Positions 48,188 to 59,300 of a stretch of DNA of 64,000 nt are shown piece after piece; positions within the stretch are counted from its first letter, which is position 1, and every line of letters starts with the position of its first letter. Source of the DNA: Podarcis muralis (Eukaryota); NCBI RefSeq assembly GCF_964188315.1, contig NC_135659.1:101184001-101248000 (forward strand), written 5' to 3'. The notes under the pieces were generated by a model that was not told where the DNA came from, did no database searches, and was given only the letters and a program-made list of their open reading frames with translations. A program made the translations under genes and the position numbers.

Positions 48188-50373
48188 TAAAGGGCATGAG
48201 AGCAAGCTCCCCCAACTAGGTAGTGAATTTGGCTGAGCAGTTAAGCATTGCAATTAGTACAAGCAAAGAAGCTGCTCTGTGCCTTCGGGCAAATGGCCAT
48301 TGGGCCTCCCCCCCCCCCCCCCCCCCGGCGGCTAGGAAGAAGCAGGCTGGAAGCTGGAGACACAGAGACATCTCCAAATATCTGAAGTGCTGCTGTTCCA
48401 TGCAAGACACAGAAGCTTGATTTTTTTTCTGCTGAGGACCAGGAACAACAGATTCAAATGACATGAAAAAGCCATTTGACAGAGGAGCGGTCTCCCTTGG
48501 AAGGTGGTGGACCAGGGGTCAGGGGGCTGGACTATATTTGGGGGGGGGGGATGAAGGAATTCTTATACACCAAAAATAACCCAGAGATGCATTTTAAATA
48601 AAAGCACACATTCTACTCATGTAAAAAGACGCTGGTTCCTGGAGCGTCTGCAGGCCAGATTGAGAAGGCGATTGGGCCGGATCTGGCCCCCGGGCCTCCC
48701 CATGTGGTGGACTCTTTCTTTGGAGGTTTCTAAGCAGAGATTGGATGGCCATCAGTCATGGATGCTTCAGTTGTGATTCCTGCATTTCAGGGGGTTGGAC
48801 TAGATGACCCTCAGGGTCCCTTCCAACTCTTCCGTTCTATGATTCTATGAAGGGAACTCGTGAGGGCGTCTCCTGCAAGCCAGTCTGACCCCACCCTTGC
48901 CCGCACCCCACCTGAGATCTGGTGCCAGTGGCTGCCTGGCCTTTGTTTGACAACCTGCCCCCCAACGGCTGGCCCCATTGCTCACCCGCCCCCCCCCCGG
49001 CCTGCTCTGCCTGCCTGCTACCTTCTCCCCTGAGCAATATTCTCCCCATAAGTTCCTTCTCCTCACGCTTGGCACCCCCCAGCCACAGGTAAGCAGCTCC
49101 AATGAGCTCCCACCTCAGAACTGATGGAGATTTGCCAGGTAGGAACACAGAGACATGGGATGCTGGCTTACATGGGTGTAGCCAGGAGTTTTGTTAGGGG
49201 GTGCAGAACCTCAGTTAGCTATGCATTTTTATTGATTTAGGGGGGGGCAGCTGTCCCTCCCTCCCCCCCCCGCTACGCCCATGCTGCTTTACACGGAGAC
49301 ATTGGTCCAGCTTTCCCAGTATTGTCTGCACTGGCTGGCAGCAGCTGTTGAGTTTTTCAGGCAGAGGTGCCTCCCAGCCCTGCTAGGAGATGCCGTTGGG
49401 ATTTGAACTCAGGACCCTTTGCCTGCAAGGCAGATGCTCCACCAGCTGAGCTGCAGCCCTTCCCCAAACGTAGGAGTTCTATTTTGAGGCCATCGATGCC
49501 TGAAAACCTTCATGAGCCTTGCATCTATTTCAGAAGGGCCAAAAGGAAGGAGTCCAGGACTATGAAAAGAATTATTAGCCAAGGACAATTAAATGTAATA
49601 TAGAAATTAAGAAATGCAGAATAAGTGATAAAGAACAGAAAAGCATCAGAGGCATTGATGGAAGTCTAAAACATTGTTTAAGATGAGAAGATATGTTGTA
49701 TGGCTGTTGGAAGTGATATGTTAAAAAATTTAAAAAATGCATATATATAAAAAGAAAGGAGTCCAGAATGGACACATGGAAACAAAAAACGCCAGACGGA
49801 CACATTCGGAAAGAACAAAAGAAGTCTGGTGGGCAGTTAATCTGCGGGACTCCCTGCTGTTTGGTTGCTGGCGCTGTTAAAAGAGGAGGAGAAAGGCAAG
49901 TGAATTCTTTTATGATTCCAGCAAGTGTGTCACTAGCCTGAGGGCTGCTGGAAGCAGTAAAGCGCAGAGGACCTGAGTGGTCCTGGAAGCTTTTCAGCAC
50001 CAAAAGTTACACCTTCTCCCATGCAACTGAGAGAGGGAGAGAAGAGTCTCGCCTTCAGAAGGTGTTTGGCCCAGCCAGTCCCACCCATCTTTCAAGCCCC
50101 CAGGGGCTCACCTGGGCCCAGCCCCTCGCTCACCTCAATGCAACATAGAACGCCCCCCTCCATGCCCCCCCAGTGCCTGGAGTCACTTACCGGCTGGGCG
50201 AAGAGCCCCAGGGGCGGTGGCTGCAGCAGGCTGTAGCAAGGGAGAGCAGGGTAGGCGCAGGGCAGGTGGGGCAGCAGAGGGGGCAGGGGGGCAGGCGGGG
50301 CCCCTAGGGGACACCAAAAGCCCTCCGCATCCCCACTGCCCACAGGCGTCTCTTGGGAGGGTGCTGAGGCCAT
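44817..50373 (-). CDS. IRX7: Solitary Iroquois-class TALE homeobox gene, irx7-like, two exons, 258 aa
   Basis: Exon 1 50373-50191 (MASAPSQE...[23 protein letters not shown], donor GTAAGT, phase 0). Exon 2 45410-44817 with homeodomain [55 protein letters not shown], an acidic tract and IRO box [31 protein letters not shown] and KKENRACWA resemble recalled zebrafish irx7 (AEDPGRVAK..RESTSALKAW; KKENRVSWA) more than Irx1-6. Irx family certain; irx7 orthology is inference. Confidence 0.85.
46027..46375 (+). mobile_element. Full-length Sauria/POM SINE in the Irx intron
   Basis: Head AAAGGTAAAGGGACCCCTGACCATTAGGTCCAGTCG; near-TSD AACATGGGGATTA / AACATGGAGATTA. Confidence 0.88.
49171..49283. mobile_element. 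Small hAT-type MITE in the Irx intron
   Basis: TIRs CATGGGTGTAGC / GCTACGCCCATG; decayed 8-bp TSD CTGGCTTA / CTGCTTTA. Confidence 0.6.
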
Positions 50374-50419
50374 GCTGTGCAAGAGTGGCTCTGGGGCGGG
50401 AGAGGCTGCGCTTGGGGGA

Positions 50420-50425
50420 TTTATA
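50420..50425 (-). promoter_or_regulatory. TATA box of the Irx gene
   Basis: Minus-strand CCCTATAAATCC; the TATAAA ends 47 nt upstream of the ATG at 50373. Confidence 0.7.
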
Positions 50426-51427
50426 GGGGCAGAGAGGTGAAGGGCAGTTGATTAGGGGCATTAGCAGACAGCGGGCACAGCTTACTTTAAAGGGGCAGCG
50501 TCAGGATGCTGCAGTTGGAGGAGCAGAGCCTTGTGCCAGAAGCTGGATTCTCACTCGCCGGAGCGGCTGCCTTTGCCACACGTCCTGGAGGGGTTTAAGG
50601 ACCCCCATCGCAGCCCCCTCCCTGAGCTCATGCCTGGTTACAGCAGAGCAGGACTGGGGTGGGGGCTGCTCTCTTTCCCCACAACAAAGCACTAGGAAAC
50701 GATTAGATGGGCACAGGATATTGGCTGCCCAATAATGATGACCAAATGGGAAAATCTTTGGAGAACAAATATGAAATGTATGGCGTGTCAAGGAAAATAT
50801 GTTAAAGATGCAGCATGGATGGTACCTCACCCCCTCAAGACTATCTAAGATGTACAAAAATTTAGGTACTAGGAAACCTCTGGGTGCTCCAGGCCTGGAG
50901 AGGTGGACAAAGAACCTCGTTTGGACTGCGGTTCCCCTTCTAAGTCTTGGCTAAAGAGCATGCGCAGAGTGCTACTCCCTCGTTGGTGGAACAGCTGCAT
51001 TGGGTCCCCAGCTGAGTCGCACGGTGGTCATGGGGGCAATTCACTTCCAGGCCAATGAGATGTAGTTTCGAAGGAGGTTTGGGCAGGTCTGTCTGCATGA
51101 TGCCCCGAGTCCCTTCCAGTCCTGGGGGTCCTGGACGCAGGGAGGGTTAGAATCTAATGGGGGATTCTATCGTTAAACTAGTCAGACAATTTTATTTTGG
51201 TAAGACAATGTCCTTGGCTGGCCACTTAAGTGTCCTCATCCACATCCCAAAAGAATGAGTCAGGTTGCAGGAGCCACAACTAAGGGATGGGACCTTCCAG
51301 GCTAACAGGTGGGCCTTTCCTTCACCACCCCTCCTACCTAGCTGCCAGGTATAGGAGAACAAGACCCTGAGAGTTGAGCAAGAGCTGAGCTGGAGACCCA
51401 GAGACCTGCTTGCTCTGTGCTGGATCC

Positions 51428-52043
51428 AAAGCTGAGACTACGCAGGATGAGACCCTTCCCGCAGACTGTCTGGCCAGAGTGGTGCATGCGCTAGTTATCT
51501 CCCACTTGGACTACTGCAATGCACTCTATGTGGGGCTACCTTTGAAGGTGACCTGGAAACTACAACTAATCCAGAATGCGGCAGCTGGACTGGTGACTGG
51601 GAGCAGCCGCAGAGACCGCATAGCACCGGTCTTGAAAGACCTACATTGGCTCCCAGTACGTTTCCGAGCACAATTCAAAGTGTTGGTGCTGACCTTGAAA
51701 GCCCTAAATGGCCTTGGTCCTGTATACCTGAAGGAGCATCTCCACCCCCATCGTTCTGCCCGGACACTGAGGTCCAGTTCCAAGGGCCTTCTGGCGGTTC
51801 CCTCACTGCGAGAAGCCAAATTACAGGGAACCAGGCAGAGGGCCTTCTCGGTGGTGGCGCCCACCCTGTGGAAGGCCCTCGTCAAAGAGATAAACAACTA
51901 CCTGAAATGTAGAAGACATCTTAAGGCTGCCCTGTTCAGGGAAGTTTTTAATGTGTGACATTTTAATGTATTTTTAATCTTTGTTGGAAGCCGCCCAGAG
52001 TGGCTGGGGGGACCCTGTCAGATGGGCGGGGCACAAATAGTAA

Positions 52044-52098
<55 letters not shown>
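51428..52098 (+). mobile_element. L2 LINE 3' part between the Sowah stop and the Irx promoter
   Basis: ORF 51410-51958 with HALVISHLDYCNALYVGLP; (TTA)n tail at about 52045-52098. Confidence 0.92.
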
Positions 52099-52099
<1 letters not shown>

Positions 52100-52560
52100 G
52101 GAGAAGCAAGATCTCCTAGAAGGATGTTGATGCTGTGACCCCTCCATCCTACGCTCAGGCTGTATCTATGTGTAAGTAAAACCATCTGTAAGTATATCCC
52201 AAAGACACTGGTCTCCGCTGACGTTCATTTCAAGGAAACCAAATCCTGGGTATGTTGCATCAAGGCCTGGAGTCCCTCATCTATTGGAGAGGCCTGGAAG
52301 AAGACACAGCCAGCCATGGAAGGAAGGGAGCTGGGTGGGGGGGGCAAAGTCTAAGGCTTCCCCAGCTCAGGAAGGGGGCGGGGGCTGGTTTCATTTATTT
52401 GTCTGTTGCATTCATACTCCACCCTTTTCTCTTTCCCCCCAATATATTTTATTAAAGCTTGAAAGGAGATATACAAAGATGAATACCAACTATAAAATAT
52501 CTTTTTAGAATACAAAAGGTAAAAAAACCGATTAAATAAAAACAAATACAAAGGAAGTAG

Positions 52561-52565
<5 letters not shown>

Positions 52566-52626
<61 letters not shown>
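52566..52626 (+). repeat. (GA)n microsatellite; others include (TG)n at about 27367-27400 and 48142-48186 and (GATA)n at about 56346-56390
   Basis: Directly visible simple repeats. Confidence 0.95.
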
Positions 52627-52631
<5 letters not shown>

Positions 52632-52938
52632 TGCTTCTGATTCTTCACCTCTTGGCTGTAATGTATATAGAAAGTTATTCAAAACATTTGCTCCATTTAG
52701 AGCCCCAAATTTTCCGCACAGCGCTCAAGGGGCCTGGCACGATTCTCCCCCCCATTTCCCCCTCACAACAGCCCTGTGAGGTAGGCTGGGCTGAGAGGCA
52801 GCGACTGGCCCCCAGTGCCACTCGTGGAATGACTGGAACCCTGGTCTCTCCCAGGTCCTGGTCCAATGTTCTAACCACTGCACCACCACTGCCTCTCCCG
52901 GAGCGAGAGGCTGGCCGAGTCCAGGGGCCTCTGTCTGT

Positions 52939-55342
52939 CTAGCGAGAGAACTTGCGCACGGCCCGGTAGCTGCCTGGGGGCGCCAGGCGCTGGGGGGTCT
53001 CCTGGGGCTCCTCTTCCTCCTCCTCTTCCGCCAAGTCGTTGGCTGAGCCCCATCTGCGCTGCGCTGGGTGGATGGTCCTGGGCAGGAGGAGGCAAGCCAG
53101 CTTCCGGTTCCTGCTCCGCTCCCCCCGGATCGGGCTCAGCTCTGGGGAGACACCAGCAGACCCCCCAGGGGGGCACGCTCACACAGATGGCAGAGTTGGA
53201 AGGGACCACCAAGGGTCATCTAGTCCAGTGTTTCCCAACCACTGTTCCGCGGCACACTAGTGTGCCGCGAGATGTTGCCTGGTGTGCCGCGGGAAAAATT
53301 AAAAAATTGAAAGATTTTTTTTTTTAAAGTCAAATTTTCGATTGGGGCGCCGTCACTAGATGACCCCTGGGGTTCCCTCCCTCCCTCCCGCTCTGCGCCT
53401 CCCTCCTCCTCCTCCTCCTCCGGGGAGGCCCTTCCTGGCTCTCGGCCAAGGCTTGGCGGCTGCCACTCACTCACTCGCTCGCCCACCCGTCCCTCCATTC
53501 CTGCACCCGGCCTCTCCCCCTCCGTCCCCGGCGCGGGGGCTGCCGGGATCCGTAGTCCCCTCGCCCTTGGGCTCCGCGCCCGCGCGGGGTGCGCAAACTA
53601 CGTTTCCCAGCGTGGCCTGGCGGGCCGGGCGTTTTGTTTGAAGTGCTCTTCTCCCGGCCATGGAATGAGCGCGGCGGCGGCGGCCGGGCGGGCAGGGGCT
53701 CTTCCGCGCAGACCCCGCGCAGCCTGCCTGCGCCCCCGCGGAGATCGGGCGGCAGGATGGAGGCCGGGGATCCCCACGGAGGCGGAGCGGCGGAGGCTGC
53801 CCCCCAGGTAGGGCTGCGTCGGGGTTTTTTTATTTTTGCAATGCTGCATCCACGCCGGAGGGGACGCATCGGACTGCGGGGAGACCCCTTGGCGGGCGTG
53901 CAAGGCAATGCATGCGTGCAGGCGTTGCATGGAGTGCAGTGCAATGCAATGGCAACGCGGCGCCCTGCATGCATGGATGCAACTTCCACCGGCGCTCCGG
54001 ACTTGGCAGGTGAGGGGGGTCCCCAGTGGGCGGCAGAGAGAGCCGGGAGGGCAAAGGGGAGCCGGGGAGGAGCAGCGCTGCTCCCCGAGCCGAGCCCGGG
54101 GGGAAACTTCGGCGTCGTTGCGCCGGGTGTTGGAAGCGGAGGCTGGCGGGGGCCCCTCACCTGCAAAACCTGGTCGCCTCTCATATATTTCGTGCATTGC
54201 ATTCATCGCCCGCTTTCTCCTCCAAGGAGCTCCCGGGGGCGCGCGTGGTTCTCCCCGTGTTATCCTCGCAACAACAGCCCTGCGAGGTGGGTCAGGCGAG
54301 TGGCACAAGGGAGCACCCAGGGATTGTCCTGGCCAGGTGGGGTGATTTGAACCCTGCTCTCTGCCCGGTCTTCGTCCTCATTTAGCCCTCACATGTGCAT
54401 GACTGTGCATGACTGAGGTTTTCCCCCCTCGTCTTGGCTATGGTGTGAGTCTGTGCTGTTAATTAATGGGGTTCTGCCTTCAGAGAAGATGAGCCAGGCA
54501 TCAAGGAGGTGATTATGTAATTTGCTAGCAATTCATGTCCCTCCCGGTGTGACGCTGCGCGCTGACGTCACGGGGCTGTAATGGTGGTGTGCCTCGAGAT
54601 TTTTTTCATGAAACAAGTGTGCCTTTGCCCAAAAAAGGTTGGGAAACACTGATCTAGTCCAACCCCACGTCCCTCCCCTCTCCCCAGAGGCCCTTCCGCC
54701 AGACAACCTAGAAGCTCTGGGAAGGGGGCTGCAAGCAAATCCCCTTTAGGGTCCCTTCCCCTCTTCCACATGCAAACAGGGAGCAGAAAGGGACCCCTCC
54801 CCACATATCTATGGGACCGCCTCTCCTGGTCTGCCCCACGGAGGACCTTAAGGTCCATGAATAACCATAGTTGAGAGGTCCCGGGCCCTAAGGAAGTCAG
54901 ACTATCCTCCACCAGGGGCAGGGCCTTTTCAGTGATGGCTCCGACCTGGTGGAATGCTCTGTCCCAGGAGACCAGGGACCTTCAGAATTTAACCTCCTTC
55001 CGCCGCGCCTGTAAGACAGAGCTATTCCGCCTGGCCTTTAATCTGAATTCAGCCTGATCTTTTCTTCCCCTTCCCTCCCTTTTTATGAAGATTACCTGCT
55101 CTGAGACCCCACAGCTAATTCTCTCCTGGTCTCCTCGCTGGCCCAAGTAGGACCAATTCAGCCAGCTAGCCCTGGGGATAATCTAATGCTTATTTCCCCT
55201 AAATTGATTTTTGAATTTTATTGTTATTCATGTTTTTATACTGTATTTTATGCTGCTTTTATAATTGTTTTAAAGTGTTTTAAATTTGTTGTTAGCTACC
55301 CTGAGCCCGGTTTTCGAACCGGGAAGGGTAGGGTATTAAAAA

Positions 55343-55386
<44 letters not shown>

Positions 55387-56346
55387 GAACATTCGCAGAG
55401 CCTGGCTGTCAGATGCTCCCAACGGGAAGACAACAATCAGGATTCGAACCCAAGAGCCACACTCTCCCCTCCTGTGTTTCCGGCAGCTGTGAAGCAGGAG
55501 CATCGCTGCCTGCTCCACCTCTGTGAATTTGTCCCATCCTCTTTCAAAGCCATCCCTGCTTCCTGTGGCAGGGAGTTCCGCAGTCTAACCCGGCGCTCCA
55601 CGTGAAGGACTTCCTTTGGCCCGTCCTGAACCTGCCCTCCCAGGCCGCCCTCCCTGTGGAGGCGCACGCAAAGGCAAGAAGGGGGGGGGCGCTGTTCTTA
55701 CGGGGTGGGGTGGGGGCTCCCTCCGGGGTCTCCACGCAGAGGTAGTGCTTGGCCAGGCGGCCACTGTAATCCCGCACGTCCTGGTTGGCACCTGTGGGGC
55801 GACAGGGAGCTGAGGTGCCATCGGGGAGGAAGAAGCCGCCCTTAAAGAGGGCCGACCCCTTTGGCAGGGAGGGAGGGAGGGGCGTGGATGATGTGGGGGG
55901 GGGCATGTCTTCCTCACCGTGGGTCCAGATGAGCAACTCCATCAGCCGCCGGTGGCCGTGTAGGGCAGCAATGTGCAGGGGGGTGTAGCCCTGGTTGGGG
56001 GGCAGAAGGAGGAAGAACAGGCCCTGAAGCACCTGACTCTGAAACTACCAGACCCCCCCCCAACCCCCCCAAAACGCGCTTTGCCCAGTGCCCCCTTGCC
56101 CTCTGGCACCAAGATGCCTGCACACAGCATGGAGACCTAATACTTTATGGGGAGTGGGGGGCGCCCCACCCGCCACCCAGACCCTCCCACCCCTGGGGTC
56201 TCCAGCAACCCTCCAGCAGGCTCTGCTCTCGGGGGCCTTGCTCACCCCCAAAGCGATGCCCCCCCAGGTCCAGCACCTCTGAATACTCACCCCCTGTGTG
56301 TGTTGCAGGAGAAAAGGGGCAGGAGGGTGGAGGAGAAGGAAGGATG

Positions 56347-56378
<32 letters not shown>

Positions 56379-59300
56379 TAGATAGATAAATAAATAAATA
56401 GATAAAATAATTAATAAAATAATATTATACCCTGCCCATCTGGCTGGGTTTGTGCAACTGGTTGTGCAACTGTGGTGCCCCCCACCCTGCTCCCACTTGG
56501 GCCCCCATGTTAAGGGGAGCAGCTCCACGCTGAAGCTGCAATTCCAGCCCTGGATGGTGCAGGACGCCCCCCCCCCCCAAAAAAACCACACCTATGGTGT
56601 TGCCCTTGTCTACTCACAGGGTCTACTCACATGCTTCGTGCAGAGGGGTCAGCATGGGAGGAGGAAGAAGGGGACATTTAGGGGAACCCCGAACACCTCC
56701 TCTCTCCCCAGGATTCGGGGGGGGGGCAAGCCCGCCTTGCTGCGCAGCCCCCTTCTCCCAGCCCTGCAAGGGACTCACCGCTCGCATGTTGACGTCGGCC
56801 CCGGCCCCCAGGAGGAGGGTCACCAGCTCCTCCTTGCCGTGCTTTGCTGCCCAGTGGAGGGCTGTCTGGGGGGAGAGCGCAGGGGGGTCACCGGGGGGAG
56901 CCTTCCTCCCCCCACCCAGCAAGAAAGAGGCAGCCCCCCTTCTGCCCACCCACTGAACCTCCCAGGAGCAGGAAAGGACGGAGGCTTGCTTCACACACAT
57001 CAGAAGAGCCTCCGGATCAGGCCCCAGGACCCTCTTCTCACAGGAGCCAACCAGAGTGTGGGGGGTCAGGTGGGATTGCTATGAGGAATTATGAAAAATG
57101 CAGCAAGCCATGGTGTCCGCGATGAAAGCATTGCTTGACTGGGCTTGAGTCACTGGCAATAATTTCTGATCAAATCCCACAAGCCTCTGCATCTCTGCCC
57201 CATTTTCTCCACCTGACAGGCATGTATAAGCATTCTGAAACACAGACCAGTTGCTTCACCATTCATCCTGGGCCAGAAAGATAGGAGGTAGATGTTGTTA
57301 ATCTTTAGGTAGATCTTAAGGGCCAGGAAGAGAGTTCACAAGGAGATGGTAAACACTATCTTTCCTTGCCTGTCCTTCCTTTCCTATTTACTGCCTGTTT
57401 ATGACCTCTGGGGTTTGCTAAATGCATTCCTCCTTGATTCCTGTTTTATGCATGCTCAAAGTAGTTATTTGCAGGATTTCTCTGATCTGACTTTGTCCCA
57501 TGTGGTAATTTTTTGAAATGCTCACAGGAAATCTGATTGGTTCGTACAAGTGCTGTGTAAGAGTTCTTTTAAGAGTTAATAAAACGGTTTGGACGAAGGA
57601 GTGGCTATTGGCCCTTCCTCCCAGAGTCTTGCTGGCCAAGCCTGGTGTGTATTTTATTAATCAGGGTCCAATCCTTCCTTTGCCTTCGGAACGCAACACA
57701 GGGGCCCGTCAGGGGAACCCCACAAGCAGTGCTCTCTCCTGCAGAGCCCTCCTCACTAGGAGCCCTTGAAAGCCCTCCGGTCCTCCCTGCCTTGCAGGCC
57801 TTTTCAGGGGCCTGGACTGACTCCAACTGCAAAAGCTGGGCTGGGCTGGGCTTGGGGTTTTTCTGCTGGCGGACAGTTGCTGCTTTGTATCTTTATTTTA
57901 GATATTACGATTTATGTGAAGATTGTTTAACTTGGTTGTGCACTTTTTGATATTTTATTTTTTGTTCATGACTACTTCTGCCATGTTTGTATTTCCGTCC
58001 CCCATCCCCCCCCCCTTGTAAGCCGTCTTGAGCACAGTTCTAACTATGGAAAGGTGGCATGCAAATAAAATGTGCCATATCGGTGAGCGGCTTACACTTA
58101 ATCCAGTGGGAGGGAGTTCCATAGTTTAACTCCACAATGTGAGATGAAGGATTCTGGGGAGGAGAAGGGGGCATTTAGGGGTAAGGGGAGGAAATCAGTA
58201 GTTGGGACCAAATACTTACAAACTGTGTCAGGTCAGGCAGCAGCAGCAGCAGCAGCAACCGTGGGAGAGAAGAAGAGTCATTAAAATCCCCACCCAGGAG
58301 AGACTCCAGTTCCCAGGGAGAACCTCCCCCCCCCCAAAAAAAAAGACGGTGGGAGGCTGTGGGGTGGGGGGGGGTCACAAGCAGAGAGCACCCCAAACCG
58401 AAAGAGGGGCAGTGTGCCAGGCAGGTGGGTGGCATTGGCGCTGGGTCTCAGAGACAGTGCCCATCAGGAAGGCAGACAGCCTGAGGCAGAAGGGACCCCC
58501 CCCCCAGAGCTACGCCAAGGCGACCTGACCCACGTGGGTCTAGACTTACCCCCTGAGCAGAGCGGGAGGAGAAGGGACAGGCGGCAGATTTGGCAATGGG
58601 GGAGGGAAACAGAGAGAAGGGAGCGTTAGAGCCACGCGGTGCATCCTGAAGCCCTCTGAACATGTGCAGAGTGTCACACCCACAGCCGGCACTCACGCAC
58701 CCGGGGCTGCAGTAGGGATCCCCCCCGATGGCTGGGAGGGTGGGGGGCAGAAACATTACAAGGGGATTTGGGCCCCCCTTCCACAAAGGACCCCAAGAGG
58801 AGGAAGATGTGGAGGCCCAACATGACCCTGCCGGGAGTCACAGGCTTAGAATTAAAGCACAAAGCGCCCCCCCCCTGTCTGCAATGGAGACCCCATTCCA
58901 GGGGGGAGCACCTGCCTGAACGGGGCCCCGTCTGCCAGGCTCACCCCCCCCCCCAGGCCTCAGCCCCCTTCCTGACCAGGTGAGACATGGTGGCTGGGGG
59001 GCAGCTGACCCAATTCTGCACTCTCCAGGTGAGGGAGGGCTGGCTGGCGGATCCAGGACCGCCGGCAATGTCTGGGCAACACAATGACCATGTACATATG
59101 CAATAAACGATCTTTTATAGAATTCCTTCAAACCATAACATTGCTGACGTTCTCGTTGCAACACAGGGGCTGGTTTGATCCAGGACCGCGGCTGCTTCTT
59201 TCCAAAGCTCCTTTTGTGTGGGCTCAGCCCCCCGAGAAGTCTTGGGCTCCCAAAGAAGAACATGAGAAGAGGCTGCAGGATCAGACCAGTGGCCCACCTG

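Noticed and set aside
58696-58823. Signal-peptide-like minus-strand ORF (MLGLHIFLLLGSFVEGG...) with a GTGAGT donor inside a Sowah intron
   Set aside because: Its phase-1 end is incompatible with the phase-0 microexon chain and there is no supporting downstream exon; probably chance.
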